From positions 992,001 to 1,056,000 of the forward strand of contig OY969585.1 of NCBI GenBank assembly GCA_963701295.1: DNA of 64,000 nucleotides, written 5' to 3'. Below the pieces are notes generated by a model. That model saw only the letters and a program-made list of their open reading frames with translations, did not search any database and was not told the DNA's origin. A program made the translations under genes and the position numbers. The stretch comes from Ignavibacteriota bacterium. Its GTDB lineage: Bacteria; Bacteroidota; Ignavibacteria; UBA10030. Shown piece after piece: positions 29,490 through 40,021 of the stretch. Numbering within the stretch: the stretch's first letter is position 1; every line of letters begins with the position of its first letter.

Positions 29490-31598
29490 TTAGACTCTGA
29501 ACAACAAATCGGCATATGTCGGCAAAGGCCAGATATTGGCATCGACCATCGTTTCCAATTTGTCACCATCGACTCGCAGTTTTCCCATAGTCGTAAAGAC
29601 TACATCGCGATAGTACTCTGCATGCTTGAGAACGTCGTTGCTGTGACCATCACCGGTCGATGCAGCTTCAAGTGCTTCGATATTTTTACCGAAGGAATCG
29701 ATCGTTGATATCAATTCCGCTAGTAATGTTTCCGCAGTGCTTGATTTAGAAGCAACGGTTTTCAGCGAGGATAAAGTAGCCGCGACTTTTCCGGCATATT
29801 CAAGAGAAGCCGGTAAGATTTGACGTTTTGCAATGTCTAACATAGTCAACACTTCGATGTTGATTGTTTTGATATATCCTTCAAGGAAAATTTCATATCG
29901 AGAATGCATTTCAGCTTTACTTAAGACGCCATGCTTCTCATACACCTTAACGGCCTTCTCACTAATCAACGAGGGAATGGCTGCAACGGTGGACTTGATA
30001 TTGGGCAATCCGCGCTTTTCAGCTTCTTTTACCCAGTCCTCGGTGTAGTTGTTACCGTTGTAGATAATCCGCTTATGTTTCTTCACGATCTCCGTCACAA
30101 TGCTTTGCGCTTCTGTGTCAACATCTTTTGCTTTCTCTAAGCGGCTTGCAATACGGGATAAGATTTCTGCAACAATCGTATTCAAAGCGGTATTCGGTTC
30201 TGCAATGGATGCCGAGGATCCTACCATGCGAAATTCGAATTTATTGCCGGTGAATGCGAACGGCGATGTTCGATTCCGATCCGTGGAATCTTTCGGTAAT
30301 GCTGGCAGTGTGGTTACTCCGAGCTTCAGTTCACCGCCGACTTTGGATGATGTAGCTCCGCCGTTTTCGATCTGCTCTAAAATATCAGTCAACTGCTCAC
30401 CAAGGAAGATTGAAATAATAGCTGGAGGTGCTTCATTCGCGCCCAATCGATGATCGTTTCCCGGGTTGGCAGTGGAAACGCGGAGCACATCGGCATATTC
30501 ATCTACTGCCTGAATCACAGCGGCAAGGAACAGGAGAAATTGTTCGTTGTCGTGAGGTGTATTTCCCGGCTCTAGTAAATTCTGTCCATCGTTCGTGCTC
30601 ATCGACCAGTTGTTGTGCTTCCCCGAACCGTTCACACCGGCGAACGGTTTCTCATGTAACAGGCAGACCAAACCGTAATGACCTGCAATTCTCTTCATTG
30701 TTTCCATTACCAACTGATTATGGTCGGTCGCAATGTTGGTCGTTGTATAAATAGGAGCAAGTTCATGCTGAGCCGGTGCAACTTCGTTATGCTTAGTTTT
30801 TGCCAATACACCAAGTTTCCAAAGTTCTTGATCAACCTCTGCCATGAATTTTGCGATACGTTCTTTTAAGTTTCCAAAATAATGGTCTTCTAACTCCTGT
30901 CCTTTCGGCGGTTTTGCGCCAAAGAGTGTGCGTCCGGTAAGTATAAGGTCCAATCGTTTTTCATATAATTTTTTATCAATGACAAAATATTCCTGCTCCG
31001 GTCCAACCGTCGTTGTAACACGGGTCACTTTTGTATTTCCTAGTAACCGGAGAATACGAACCGCTTCTTTTGAAAGAGCCTGCATCGATCGGAGAAGAGG
31101 TGTTTTCTTGTCGAGCGCCTCGCCGGTGTACGAACAAAACGCTGTGGGAATACACAGAGTATTGTCTTTGAGAAAAGCTGGAGATGTGCAATCCCATGCA
31201 GTGTATCCGCGTGCTTCAAATGTTGAACGCAACCCGCCAGACGGGAATGAAGAAGCATCCGGTTCGCCTTTGATCAATTCCTTGCCGGAAAACTCCATAA
31301 TAATGCGTCCATCGGCAGTCGGAGAAATAAAAGAATCATGCTTTTCAGCAGTAATTCCGGTCATCGGCTGAAACCAGTGTGTAAAGTGGGTTGCACCTTT
31401 TTCAATTGCCCAGTCTTTCATCGCATTGGCAACGATATCAGCTACCGCCGGGTCAAGCGGCAGCCCCTCATCGATGGTCTTTCTCAACATTTTATAGATA
31501 TTCTTCGGCAGCCGGGTTCTTGTTGTTGCATCGCTAAAGACACTAGAAGCAAATGTATTTTCCAACGATTCTTGTAACACTAATGTTTCTGTTTCCAT
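29490..31598 (-). CDS. glnN: Glutamine synthetase type III
   Basis: 702 aa; [48 protein letters not shown] and [18 protein letters not shown] motifs. Confidence 0.95.
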   Translation of the reverse strand: METETLVLQESLENTFASSVFSDATTRTRLPKNIYKMLRKTIDEGLPLDPAVADIVANAMKDWAIEKGATHFTHWFQPMTGITAEKHDSFISPTADGRIIMEFSGKELIKGEPDASSFPSGGLRSTFEARGYTAWDCTSPAFLKDNTLCIPTAFCSYTGEALDKKTPLLRSMQALSKEAVRILRLLGNTKVTRVTTTVGPEQEYFVIDKKLYEKRLDLILTGRTLFGAKPPKGQELEDHYFGNLKERIAKFMAEVDQELWKLGVLAKTKHNEVAPAQHELAPIYTTTNIATDHNQLVMETMKRIAGHYGLVCLLHEKPFAGVNGSGKHNNWSMSTNDGQNLLEPGNTPHDNEQFLLFLAAVIQAVDEYADVLRVSTANPGNDHRLGANEAPPAIISIFLGEQLTDILEQIENGGATSSKVGGELKLGVTTLPALPKDSTDRNRTSPFAFTGNKFEFRMVGSSASIAEPNTALNTIVAEILSRIASRLEKAKDVDTEAQSIVTEIVKKHKRIIYNGNNYTEDWVKEAEKRGLPNIKSTVAAIPSLISEKAVKVYEKHGVLSKAEMHSRYEIFLEGYIKTINIEVLTMLDIAKRQILPASLEYAGKVAATLSSLKTVASKSSTAETLLAELISTIDSFGKNIEALEAASTGDGHSNDVLKHAEYYRDVVFTTMGKLRVDGDKLETMVDANIWPLPTYADLLFRV

Positions 31599-31776
31599 GA
31601 ATATGATTCTCCTTTAAATGAACATTATTTAATCATGTATAAGATAATATAAATTTACTCGCATATTTCCTAAAGTCAATCTAGAATGACTCGAATATTA
31701 ACATATTGACGGTGGAAATAAAATGGTTCCACGCTTTAATATCAATTATATCTGATGATTCTTGTTAGAAGAGTGC

Positions 31777-31827
31777 AAAAAAAGCCAATGGCCATAAGAT
31801 GAATAACTATGGCCATCGACTTCTTCA
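31777..31827 (-). terminator. Intrinsic terminator after glnA
   Basis: Minus strand AGTCGATGGCCATAG...TTATGGCCATTGGCT followed by a T run. Confidence 0.8.
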
Positions 31828-31853
31828 GAAATCTAGGAGGTCAATTAAGAATA

Positions 31854-33269
31854 CTAATTGTCATAATATAGATGAAATTCATACGGATGCGGCCGTAGAT
31901 GCATTTCATCTAATTCTTTCTCTCTTTTCCAAGTAATCCAAGCTTCTATAAGATCCTGAGTAAAGACATCACCTTTAGTTAAAAAAGCATTGTCTTTTTC
32001 CAATGCAACAATAGCTTCTTCCAGCGAGCCTGGTGTCTTTGGAGTAGACTTTAGTTCTTCCCGGGTCATTTCATAGATATCTCTATCCAACGGTTTACCA
32101 GGATCAATCTTGTTTTGAATTCCATCCACTGCAGCCATCATTATGGCCGAAAAAGTTAGATATCCGTTGCAACTTGGATCCGGGCAACGGAATTCTACAC
32201 GTTTTGCTTTTGGACTTGGAGAATACATTGGGATCCTGCATGAAGCTGAACGGTTTCTGGCTGAATAGGCCAGATTGACTGGCGCTTCAAAACCAGGAAC
32301 AAGCCTACGATAAGAATTTGTCGTCGGGGCAGCAAAAGCAAGAATGGCCGGCGCATGCTTTAAAATACCCCCGATAGCATTAAGGGCCATTGGACTAAGG
32401 CCGGCATAACCGTCTCCCGCAAATAAAGGTTTGCCTTCCTTCCACAGGGAGAAGTGAGTGTGCATTCCACTTCCATTATCCTGAAAGATCGGTTTGGGCA
32501 TAAAAGTCACAGTCTTATTATTTTTCTTTGCTACATTTTTACATATATATTTATACCACATAAGTTGATCGGCCATTTTCAACAAATTGGTAAACTTCAT
32601 ATCAATTTCACTTTGGCCGGCGGTGGCAACTTCATGATGATGTGCCTCTACGATGATGCCGATCTTTCGCATTTCATAAACCATTTCGCCACGAAGATCA
32701 TGGAAGGTATCAGTTGGGCTGACTGGAAAATAGCCGCCCTTGAAACTAGGTTTGTAACCTAAATTTGGTTCTTCAAATCGGGCAGTATTCCAGGCGCCTT
32801 CCTGAGAATCAATTTCGTACACCCCACGGTGTTGATTCTGTTCGTAACGGACTTCATCAAAAATAAAGAATTCGGGTTCTGGTCCAATATAGCAAGTATC
32901 GGCAATTTTAGTTCGTCTTAAATATTCTTCTGCTTTTTGTGCTATATAACGCGGGTCCCGAGTGTATTTCTGTTTTGATATCGGATCGACAATGTCTGCG
33001 ATGATGCTTACAGTTGGTTTAGCAAAAAAAGGATCCATACAAAATGTATTAGGATCGGGAAGAGCCAACATATCCGACATATGAATTCCCTGCCAACCTC
33101 GAATGGACGAACCGTCAAATCCAAGCCCTTCTACAAATGTGTTCTCGTCTATTACATCAATCGGGAAACTGCAATGCTGCCAACTTCCTAATAAATCAAC
33201 GAATTTGAGATCGATCATTTCTGAATTATTCTTCTTTACAAAATCAAAGAAATCTTTTGGCGTTGCCAT
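31854..33269 (-). CDS. glnA: Glutamine synthetase type I
   Basis: [51 protein letters not shown] and the adenylylation-site-like DIYE. Confidence 0.97.
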   Translation of the reverse strand: MATPKDFFDFVKKNNSEMIDLKFVDLLGSWQHCSFPIDVIDENTFVEGLGFDGSSIRGWQGIHMSDMLALPDPNTFCMDPFFAKPTVSIIADIVDPISKQKYTRDPRYIAQKAEEYLRRTKIADTCYIGPEPEFFIFDEVRYEQNQHRGVYEIDSQEGAWNTARFEEPNLGYKPSFKGGYFPVSPTDTFHDLRGEMVYEMRKIGIIVEAHHHEVATAGQSEIDMKFTNLLKMADQLMWYKYICKNVAKKNNKTVTFMPKPIFQDNGSGMHTHFSLWKEGKPLFAGDGYAGLSPMALNAIGGILKHAPAILAFAAPTTNSYRRLVPGFEAPVNLAYSARNRSASCRIPMYSPSPKAKRVEFRCPDPSCNGYLTFSAIMMAAVDGIQNKIDPGKPLDRDIYEMTREELKSTPKTPGSLEEAIVALEKDNAFLTKGDVFTQDLIEAWITWKREKELDEMHLRPHPYEFHLYYDN

Positions 33270-33743
33270 TGTTTTTATTCTCCTTCGCTAAAATAAATGA
33301 ATAGACATTATTTAATTACGTCTTATTGTATAATAACATAAATTATTAATGTAATCAAGCCATTTTTCGGATTATTTTTAGTCGCACAATAAAACAGCCG
33401 CTTGATGCATTTGATAACCGCTGAAAGGATTCTGTTTCAACAGAACAAACTTTTTCTCTTAAAACAGCATTTCTTCGCCTTTCTTGAAGAGCTTTATTAT
33501 AATAATTCAAGATTGAAGAAAATGCAACACAGGAAGATTCTTATCACATTCCTCTCAGAGTTCACCTCCATTTGCCGATACACTCCCTTTATTTGCCGAA
33601 TTATCCGTATCTTTTTCAATATTCTGTTGTATGTTCATATAGGTTGCTGCTCAAATTCTATGTCTCATTTTGCAACTTTTTAATTCTGGTTTTCGTTTTA
33701 AAGAACACCTGATTTATAAATACTAATATTACATTTGAAACTT

Positions 33744-34931
33744 ATGGAAAACAAACACATTGACCTTTCGGCATTACGAATTAGTAGAAATCAGGAACAT
33801 CAGGATGGTCCCCCCAAAAAAACAGGTACATATATCGGCATCGCTGTCAGTATTCTTGTTCTCGGGATCGCTGGATTCTTTCTTTATCAGTCATTGTTTA
33901 CGCCTGCAATCGAAGTAACATTAACGACAGTCTCTTGGACATCCCCATCGCAATCAAATGCTGTTCTCACTGCAAGTGGATACGTCGTTGCACAACGAAA
34001 AGCAGCAGTTGCTTCAAAGGGAACTGGACGGCTTGTGTATCTTGGAGTGGTAGAAGGAGACCGAGTGAAGAACAATCAAATTATTGCACGACTCGAAGAT
34101 ACCGACGTACGTGCCTCATTGGAACAGGCGAAGGCAAATCTCCGGATAAACGAAGCTGATCTGAAAGATGCACAGCAATCGCTCAAGCGCCAGAAGGACT
34201 TATTAGAAAAAGGATTGGCAACTCAAGCAGACTACGATGCCGCTGAAGCTCGCCAGTTGCGTGTCGTTGCTAATATTGAAATGGCAAAAGCCATGGTTGA
34301 TGGTGCAGAGGTTGCTTTGGAATACACTTTCATTCGTGCACCCTTTGATGGAACCGTTTTGACTAAGAACGCCGACATCGGCGAAATGGTCGTTCCCATG
34401 GCAGCAAGTGTCGGTTCGAAATCTGCTGTTGTCACAATTGCCGATATGACATCACTTCAAGTAGAAGCTGATGTGTCTGAATCCAATATCCAAAATGTTA
34501 AACCCGACCAACCTTGCGAGATTACACTTGATGCATATCCAGAAGTTCGTTATCAGGGATATGTCGCAAAAATTGTTCCGACAGCTGACCGTGCAAAAGC
34601 AACGGTGATGGTAAAAGTTGCCTTCAAATCGTACGATAATCGTGTGCTACCAGAAATGGGAGCAAAAGTGTTGTATTTAACAAAAGCATCCGATGCAGCC
34701 GCATCCACCGAAAAACCACGTCTTACTCTTCCGGCATCTGCTATCGTTGAACGCAGCGGCAAAAAAATTGCATTTCGTGTGATAGATAATAAAGCATCTT
34801 CTGTTACGATTTCTGTCGGCCGTGCTATGGGCACGCTTGTTGAAATCACAGACGGTCTCACTTCCGGAGAAAAAGTGATTGATAAAGTGGATGCCTCGAT
34901 CAATGATGGAGTAAAAGTGAAGGTGTTGTAA
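33744..34931 (+). CDS. Efflux periplasmic adaptor (MacA/HlyD-like)
   Basis: N-terminal transmembrane segment, ASGYVVAQRKAAVASK, lipoyl halves VVEGDRVK and IRAPFDG, coiled coil. Confidence 0.92.
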   Translation: MENKHIDLSALRISRNQEHQDGPPKKTGTYIGIAVSILVLGIAGFFLYQSLFTPAIEVTLTTVSWTSPSQSNAVLTASGYVVAQRKAAVASKGTGRLVYLGVVEGDRVKNNQIIARLEDTDVRASLEQAKANLRINEADLKDAQQSLKRQKDLLEKGLATQADYDAAEARQLRVVANIEMAKAMVDGAEVALEYTFIRAPFDGTVLTKNADIGEMVVPMAASVGSKSAVVTIADMTSLQVEADVSESNIQNVKPDQPCEITLDAYPEVRYQGYVAKIVPTADRAKATVMVKVAFKSYDNRVLPEMGAKVLYLTKASDAAASTEKPRLTLPASAIVERSGKKIAFRVIDNKASSVTISVGRAMGTLVEITDGLTSGEKVIDKVDASINDGVKVKVL

Positions 34932-34939
34932 AAAAAAGA

Positions 34940-34958
34940 AGAATTTAGAAGATAGAAT
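34940..34958 (+). repeat. Purine-rich 7-nt-period tract upstream of four-helix-bundle gene 1
   Basis: AGAA recurs at 34940, 34947 and 34954 (AGAATTT AGAAGAT AGAAT); 15 of 19 positions pair with 35322-35340. Confidence 0.7.
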
Positions 34959-34973
34959 ATGAAGGGATAAAAA

Positions 34974-35342
34974 ATGGAACGAAAACCAGCACACAATTTC
35001 CAAGAATTGGTTGTGTGGCAAAAAGCGCATCATTTTGTTTTAAAGGTTTATCGAATGACAGAAACTTTTCCGCAGAAAGAAATTTATGGGTTAACTTCAC
35101 AATTTCGACGGGCCGCAATATCAATTGCCGCAAATATTGCTGAAGGATTTCGAAAACGAGGAAAAGCAGACAAAGCGAGATTTTTAAATATTGCTAATGG
35201 CTCGTTACAAGAATGCACTTATTATCTCTTATTAGCAAAAGATCTTGGCTATGCAGATGTTCCACAACTATTTATGGCTGTTGATGAAATTGGCAAAATG
35301 CTCAATGTCTATTCCCAGCGTCTCCTAACTCCTAAATTCTAA
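34974..35342 (+). CDS. Four helix bundle protein (23S rRNA IVP / TIGR02436-like), copy 1
   Basis: 122 aa; LVVWQKAH, FPQKEIYGLTSQFRRAAISIAANIAEG and RFLNIANGSLQE motifs. Confidence 0.93.
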   Translation: MERKPAHNFQELVVWQKAHHFVLKVYRMTETFPQKEIYGLTSQFRRAAISIAANIAEGFRKRGKADKARFLNIANGSLQECTYYLLLAKDLGYADVPQLFMAVDEIGKMLNVYSQRLLTPKF

Positions 35343-35349
35343 CTTCTTT
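35322..35349 (+). repeat. Pyrimidine-rich 7-nt tandem repeat overlapping the end of four-helix-bundle gene 1
   Basis: CTCCTAA CTCCTAA ATTCTAA CTTCTTT. Confidence 0.75.
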
Positions 35350-35385
35350 GACTAAGAAACCAACGACTATACTAAGGATTACACT

Positions 35386-36060
35386 ATGCCCAACACAATT
35401 ATCCAAGTTCAAAATGTTTCCAAATCCTATTGGCGGGATAGTTTTGAAGTTCCCGTTCTCAACGACATCTCCATCGATGTTCACGAGGGAGAGTTTCTCG
35501 GCCTCATGGGCCCTTCCGGTTCCGGTAAGACAACATTACTCAATCTTATTGCCGGTATCGACCGGCCCAGCAAAGGGAATGTTCTGGTGGGTGGAACGGA
35601 TATTTCCAAACTGAATGAATCCGCGTTAGCGAAGTGGCGTTCGCATAACATCGGCTTTGTTTTTCAGTTCTATAACCTTCTACCTGTTCTCACTGCATTC
35701 GAAAACGTCGAGCTTCCATTATTACTCACATCGCTTTCTAAGGCAGAGAGGAAGAAACACGTCGAACTTGCACTTGGAGTCGTCGATCTTAGTGATCGTA
35801 TTCATCACTATCCTAAACAGCTTTCCGGCGGACAAGAGCAGCGAGTTGCAATCGCACGGGCAATCGTAACGGACCCGACCATTCTTGTTGCAGACGAACC
35901 GACAGGTGATTTGGACAAACGGTCCGCTGAAGAAATCATGAATCTTTTGGAACGCTTGAATAAAGAATTCAAGAAAACCATTGTAATGGTGACGCACGAT
36001 CCGCGAGCCGTAGAGAAGGCGAAGGTTGTTCACCATCTCGATAAAGGCGAATTGTCATAG
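35386..36060 (+). CDS. ABC transporter ATP-binding protein (LolD/MacB-type)
   Basis: [26 protein letters not shown] and VTHD motifs. Confidence 0.95.
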   Translation: MPNTIIQVQNVSKSYWRDSFEVPVLNDISIDVHEGEFLGLMGPSGSGKTTLLNLIAGIDRPSKGNVLVGGTDISKLNESALAKWRSHNIGFVFQFYNLLPVLTAFENVELPLLLTSLSKAERKKHVELALGVVDLSDRIHHYPKQLSGGQEQRVAIARAIVTDPTILVADEPTGDLDKRSAEEIMNLLERLNKEFKKTIVMVTHDPRAVEKAKVVHHLDKGELS

Positions 36061-36069
36061 GAGAGTGCC

Positions 36070-37230
36070 ATGAGAATCTTTAAACTTATTTTTAAGAACG
36101 CACTGCGTCATAAACTGCGCACACTTCTTACCATCCTCGGTATGGCAATTGCCGTGATGGCATTCTGTGTGCTGAGAACTGTTGTGGATATGTATTATGC
36201 CGGTTTGGATGCCACTGCAGCAAACCGCTTAATTGTACGACAAGCGGTATCTTTTATTTTTCCCCTTCCATACTCATATCGTGATCAGATCGCAAGAATT
36301 CCAGGCGTTCAAACGGTCTCATTTGCAAATTGGTTTGGGGGCACATATAAAGAAAAAAAGAATTTCTTTGCTCGGATGGGCGTCGATGAAGAAACAATTT
36401 TTGATGTTTACCCTGAATGCCTTGTTGATCCAAAGGAGTATGAACAGTTCAAGCGTGAACGGAATTCATGTATAGTTGGATCTGAAATTGCCAAACAATA
36501 CGGTTTCAAAATCGGCGATATTATTCCTATGGACGGCGATATTTATCCGGGGAAATGGGAATTTGTTGTGAGGGGCATTTATAAACCTCGCGATAAAGTA
36601 ACCGATGCGACTCAAATGTTCTTCCATTGGAGCTATATAGACGAGCGAATGAAACAAGATATGCCTGGACGTGCCGGACAGGTAGGGTGGTACATTGTTA
36701 AAATTAAAGATCCGTTACAAGCAGCAACAATCTCGGAACAAATCGATGCTCTGTTCAAAAATTCTTCAAACGCTACAAAGACAGAGACCGAACGTGCATT
36801 CACACAAAATTTTATTTCGGGATTTAACTCGCTTTTGACAGCAATGAACTTTGTGGCTTATATCATCATCGGCATTATTATGCTTGTCCTGGGGAATACC
36901 ATGATTATGTCTGCCCGTGAAAGAACCCGCGAATATGCGGTATTTAAAACTCTCGGTTTTTCGGGAGGGCATCTCTTCGGATTGATTCTTGGCGAGTCAC
37001 TATTTATCTCGGCTCTTGGGGCAGGAGCCGGGTTACTTGTGACATATCCTATTGTTTCCGGAATTGAAGCGCTTATGCCCAAAGGATTTTTCCCTTACTT
37101 TTTTATTACTCCTTTCACTCTGATTCTTGCTGCAACGGCTGCACTTATTGTAGGTTTAGCTGCTTCGATCTTTCCTATTCAACGGGCGCTGCGCACACGA
37201 ATCGTTGATGGTTTGAGGTTTATTGGGTGA
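36070..37230 (+). CDS. ABC transporter permease (MacB/FtsX type)
   Basis: RHKLRTLLT, large periplasmic domain, ERTREYAVFKTLGF and three C-terminal transmembrane segments. Confidence 0.92.
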   Translation: MRIFKLIFKNALRHKLRTLLTILGMAIAVMAFCVLRTVVDMYYAGLDATAANRLIVRQAVSFIFPLPYSYRDQIARIPGVQTVSFANWFGGTYKEKKNFFARMGVDEETIFDVYPECLVDPKEYEQFKRERNSCIVGSEIAKQYGFKIGDIIPMDGDIYPGKWEFVVRGIYKPRDKVTDATQMFFHWSYIDERMKQDMPGRAGQVGWYIVKIKDPLQAATISEQIDALFKNSSNATKTETERAFTQNFISGFNSLLTAMNFVAYIIIGIIMLVLGNTMIMSARERTREYAVFKTLGFSGGHLFGLILGESLFISALGAGAGLLVTYPIVSGIEALMPKGFFPYFFITPFTLILAATAALIVGLAASIFPIQRALRTRIVDGLRFIG

Positions 37231-37236
37231 GAAAAA

Positions 37237-37264
37237 TCAGAATGAAGAATACTGAATACAGAAT
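37237..37264 (+). repeat. Purine-rich 7-nt tandem repeat upstream of four-helix-bundle gene 2
   Basis: TCAGAAT GAAGAAT ACTGAAT ACAGAAT; the last unit supplies the AT of the ATG start. Confidence 0.75.
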
Positions 37265-37631
37265 GGAAAATATTCCCGCAAAATCATTTGAAGATTTAAT
37301 TATGTGGAAGAAGGCGCACCAGTTTGTTCTCGATGTGTATGAATTTACAAAAAACTTTCCAAAGCAAGAGATATATGGACTCGTTTCTCAATTAAGGCGT
37401 GCTGCTGTTTCAATTCCTGCTAACATTGCAGAAGGATTTAAAAAGAAAGGAAAGCTCGATAAAGCGCGCTTTCTAAACATTGCACAAGGTTCGATTGAGG
37501 AATGTCGTTATTATCTCATCTTAGCAACAGATTTAAAATACGGAGATTGTTCAGACTTACGAACTCTGCTCAATGAAGTCAGCAGGCTAATCTATGCTTA
37601 TTCAAAAAACATCCTGTCTTCTGTTTCCTGA
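37263..37631 (+). CDS. Four helix bundle protein (23S rRNA IVP / TIGR02436-like), copy 2
   Basis: 122 aa from ATG 37263; LIMWKKAH, FPKQEIYGLVSQLRRAAVSIPANIAEG and RFLNIAQGSIEE motifs. Confidence 0.93.
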   Translation: MENIPAKSFEDLIMWKKAHQFVLDVYEFTKNFPKQEIYGLVSQLRRAAVSIPANIAEGFKKKGKLDKARFLNIAQGSIEECRYYLILATDLKYGDCSDLRTLLNEVSRLIYAYSKNILSSVS

Positions 37632-37638
37632 CTTCTGT
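37611..37638 (+). repeat. Pyrimidine-rich 7-nt tandem repeat overlapping the end of four-helix-bundle gene 2
   Basis: ATCCTGT CTTCTGT TTCCTGA CTTCTGT; its reverse complement matches the upstream ACAGAAT consensus. Confidence 0.75.
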
Positions 37639-37666
37639 AATCTTATCTATGACAAAGGATTGCACC

Positions 37667-38836
37667 ATGAAAATTCCATTTAAATATATTCTCAGAAATT
37701 TTAAATCACGCCGGTTAACAACAGCGATCACGGTGGCGGGTATTGCCATGGTTGTATTTGTTTTTGCCGCTGTATTGATGATGGCGTATGGCATACAAAA
37801 AACATTGGTTGCTACCGGTTCGCCGGACAATGTTATCATTGCACGCAAATCCGCAAATGGAGAGATTTCCAGCATTGTATTGCGAGACGATTTCAACACG
37901 GTTTTAACTCTTCCACATATAGCCAAGTTGAAGGATGGAAAGCCGTTGGCTTCAGGAGAAACGGTGGTGATCATAAACCTGAATAAAAAATCGGGAGGAT
38001 TGAGTAATGTAACTGTTCGCGGTATTGGGCAAGAAGCATTTATTCTTCGTCCTCAGGTACATATAATCGAAGGACGCAATTTTCAGCCGGGTGCGCGTGA
38101 AGTAATTGTGGGATCCTCCATTGCCAAAAATTTCTTCGGTGCTGCAGTGGGCAATACAGTTATATTTGGCGGAGATTCATGGACAATCGTTGGTCGGTTT
38201 GAAGCCGGAAAAAGCGGCTTCGATTCTGAGATGTGGGGGGATAATGATCAATTGCAGAGTGCGTTTAAAAGACAGGGAGGATATTCGACTGTGACTTTTA
38301 AGTTGGACCAACCGGATGCTTTCAACGCATTTTCAGCAGCATTTAACAATGAACCTCGTTTACAGCAATTTGAACCGAAGCCTGAGCAAAAGTTTTTTGC
38401 GGAACAATCGGAGATCATGGCATTGTTTATCCGTATTCTTGGCATTTTCATCACGGTGGTATTTTCCTTCGGTGCAACGATTGGTGCGATGATTACCATG
38501 TACGCGGCAGTTGCAAACCGAACAGTCGAGGTCGGTACCATGCGTGCGCTTGGTTTTCGAAGGCGGAGTGTACTCACAGCATTTTTAACCGAATCATTAA
38601 CCATTGCCCTTATCGGTGGAATGATAGGATTGTTCCTTGCATCATTCCTTCAGTTTTTCTCTCTTTCAACATTGAATTACGGCTCGTTCGCAGAGCTTGA
38701 ATTCTCCTTTGCGCTTTCACCTGCGATCATTGTATTGTCGTTGTCCTTTTCACTCTTCATGGGATTTGCCGGCGGTTTCCTGCCCGCCGCACGTGCAGCA
38801 CGGCTGAAGATTGTGGATGCATTACGTGCAGCATAA
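37667..38836 (+). CDS. ABC transporter permease (MacB/FtsX type), second subunit
   Basis: RRLTTAIT, periplasmic domain, NRTVEVGTMRALGF and GGFLPAARAA motifs. Confidence 0.92.
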   Translation: MKIPFKYILRNFKSRRLTTAITVAGIAMVVFVFAAVLMMAYGIQKTLVATGSPDNVIIARKSANGEISSIVLRDDFNTVLTLPHIAKLKDGKPLASGETVVIINLNKKSGGLSNVTVRGIGQEAFILRPQVHIIEGRNFQPGAREVIVGSSIAKNFFGAAVGNTVIFGGDSWTIVGRFEAGKSGFDSEMWGDNDQLQSAFKRQGGYSTVTFKLDQPDAFNAFSAAFNNEPRLQQFEPKPEQKFFAEQSEIMALFIRILGIFITVVFSFGATIGAMITMYAAVANRTVEVGTMRALGFRRRSVLTAFLTESLTIALIGGMIGLFLASFLQFFSLSTLNYGSFAELEFSFALSPAIIVLSLSFSLFMGFAGGFLPAARAARLKIVDALRAA

Positions 38837-38944
38837 TGTTAATGATCAATTGGATGTTTATAAATCGTGGATGCAGAAAGTCGAGCGAAGGGTTTAAAAT
38901 TTATTCAGGGGCAAACATTCTTCCATTCTCGTAAGTGGATTGAT

Positions 38945-40021
38945 TTACCCGAGAAAGACATGTTCATTGTGCCATTGAAAGGCTTCTACAGCGGGAGAAA
39001 ATTTTGAATCTCTAACAGTCCTAATTAGTTTATTCTTATACGCTAGAATACGATCAACAGAAAAATCGATTCCTTTGCCAGTTAAATATGAAGCGACTAT
39101 GACTGAATAACTGTCGGAGAGAATCGAATAAATTCCTTCATCAAAAAGCCAATGACAAGTACTACATAAACACAACCCATTTCGTGGATCATCTGTCCCT
39201 AATTTTTGTTTTGGAACAATATGTGCAGCTTCTGCTTCATAATAACCTTGTGGTGTTTGAATGCCGAAACCACAAATAGCACAATAGTGCTCATACTGTG
39301 CTGTCACGATTATTCGAAAAGCTCTATCACGAACATAGGATTTTCGAAGTGTGACTGTCTTTTCCTCAAGTTTTGAAAACGGTTCAAATGATCCTAAAAG
39401 CATATCTTTCAATTCATGCTCTTCTATCTTTATCTCCTGTTTCTGAATAGCAAGGGCCTCTGGTGGATTCTTCTGTACAAAATTCCAACCACTTTCTGAA
39501 AGAGTATAAAGTCCTTTATCAAAGCGAATAAACCCCATGGTCCGCAACCAATCAATTCTGTGTCTGCATTGGTTCTGTAGTGTTCGTTTACCCCAATTTT
39601 GTACCTTTGGGAAACGGCTCTTTATAATATCAAACCATAATTCAATAAGTTTATCATTTCTTATCATTGATTTAGATCGAAGCACTTCAAGAAATGCCGC
39701 TACACCAACAAATGATTTTTCAAAAATTTCAAGCAAAATTGTTGGTGAACTAGTATTTAGAACAGACACTCCATTAGCGGTTAGTTGACAACGCCCATTT
39801 ATTACTTTGACTAATCCCGTGCTTATTAAAAGGACTGTATAGACATCTCTTGCATAGGACTCGGTCAAGACAAATTTACTAATCAACCAAGTTCTTACAT
39901 CGTCAGATGTTGGATGATTATTTTGTATCCATTCAAGTGTTTTAAGAAGGTTACCAAACTGCGCTTCTACCCCTCCTGCCATTGGATAAAAGGTTGTCCT
40001 CGCATCCTTTTGTTTTATCAT
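38945..40021 (-). CDS. HNH endonuclease with N-terminal winged-helix-like region (putative modification-dependent restriction enzyme)
   Basis: C-terminal RDRAFR..Y..CAICG..EAAHIVP..DDPRNGLCLCSTCHWLFD..WHNEHVF. The N-terminal RIDWLRTMGFI..YTLSESG segment resembles a wHTH. Confidence 0.8.
   Translation of the reverse strand: MIKQKDARTTFYPMAGGVEAQFGNLLKTLEWIQNNHPTSDDVRTWLISKFVLTESYARDVYTVLLISTGLVKVINGRCQLTANGVSVLNTSSPTILLEIFEKSFVGVAAFLEVLRSKSMIRNDKLIELWFDIIKSRFPKVQNWGKRTLQNQCRHRIDWLRTMGFIRFDKGLYTLSESGWNFVQKNPPEALAIQKQEIKIEEHELKDMLLGSFEPFSKLEEKTVTLRKSYVRDRAFRIIVTAQYEHYCAICGFGIQTPQGYYEAEAAHIVPKQKLGTDDPRNGLCLCSTCHWLFDEGIYSILSDSYSVIVASYLTGKGIDFSVDRILAYKNKLIRTVRDSKFSPAVEAFQWHNEHVFLG

Noticed and set aside
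33270-33734. Glutamine riboswitch, or the 93-aa track ORF upstream of glnA
   Set aside because: The region is AT-rich with no convincing stems, and the ORF has no SD or family features. It is probably divergent promoter DNA.
34974-37631. Diversity-generating retroelement, because four-helix-bundle proteins resemble Avd
   Set aside because: No reverse transcriptase and no template/variable repeat pair differing at adenines were seen in the window.
34932-37666. 23S rRNA gene with intervening sequence
   Set aside because: The flanks are intact protein-coding ABC transporter genes, and no rRNA-like sequence is present.
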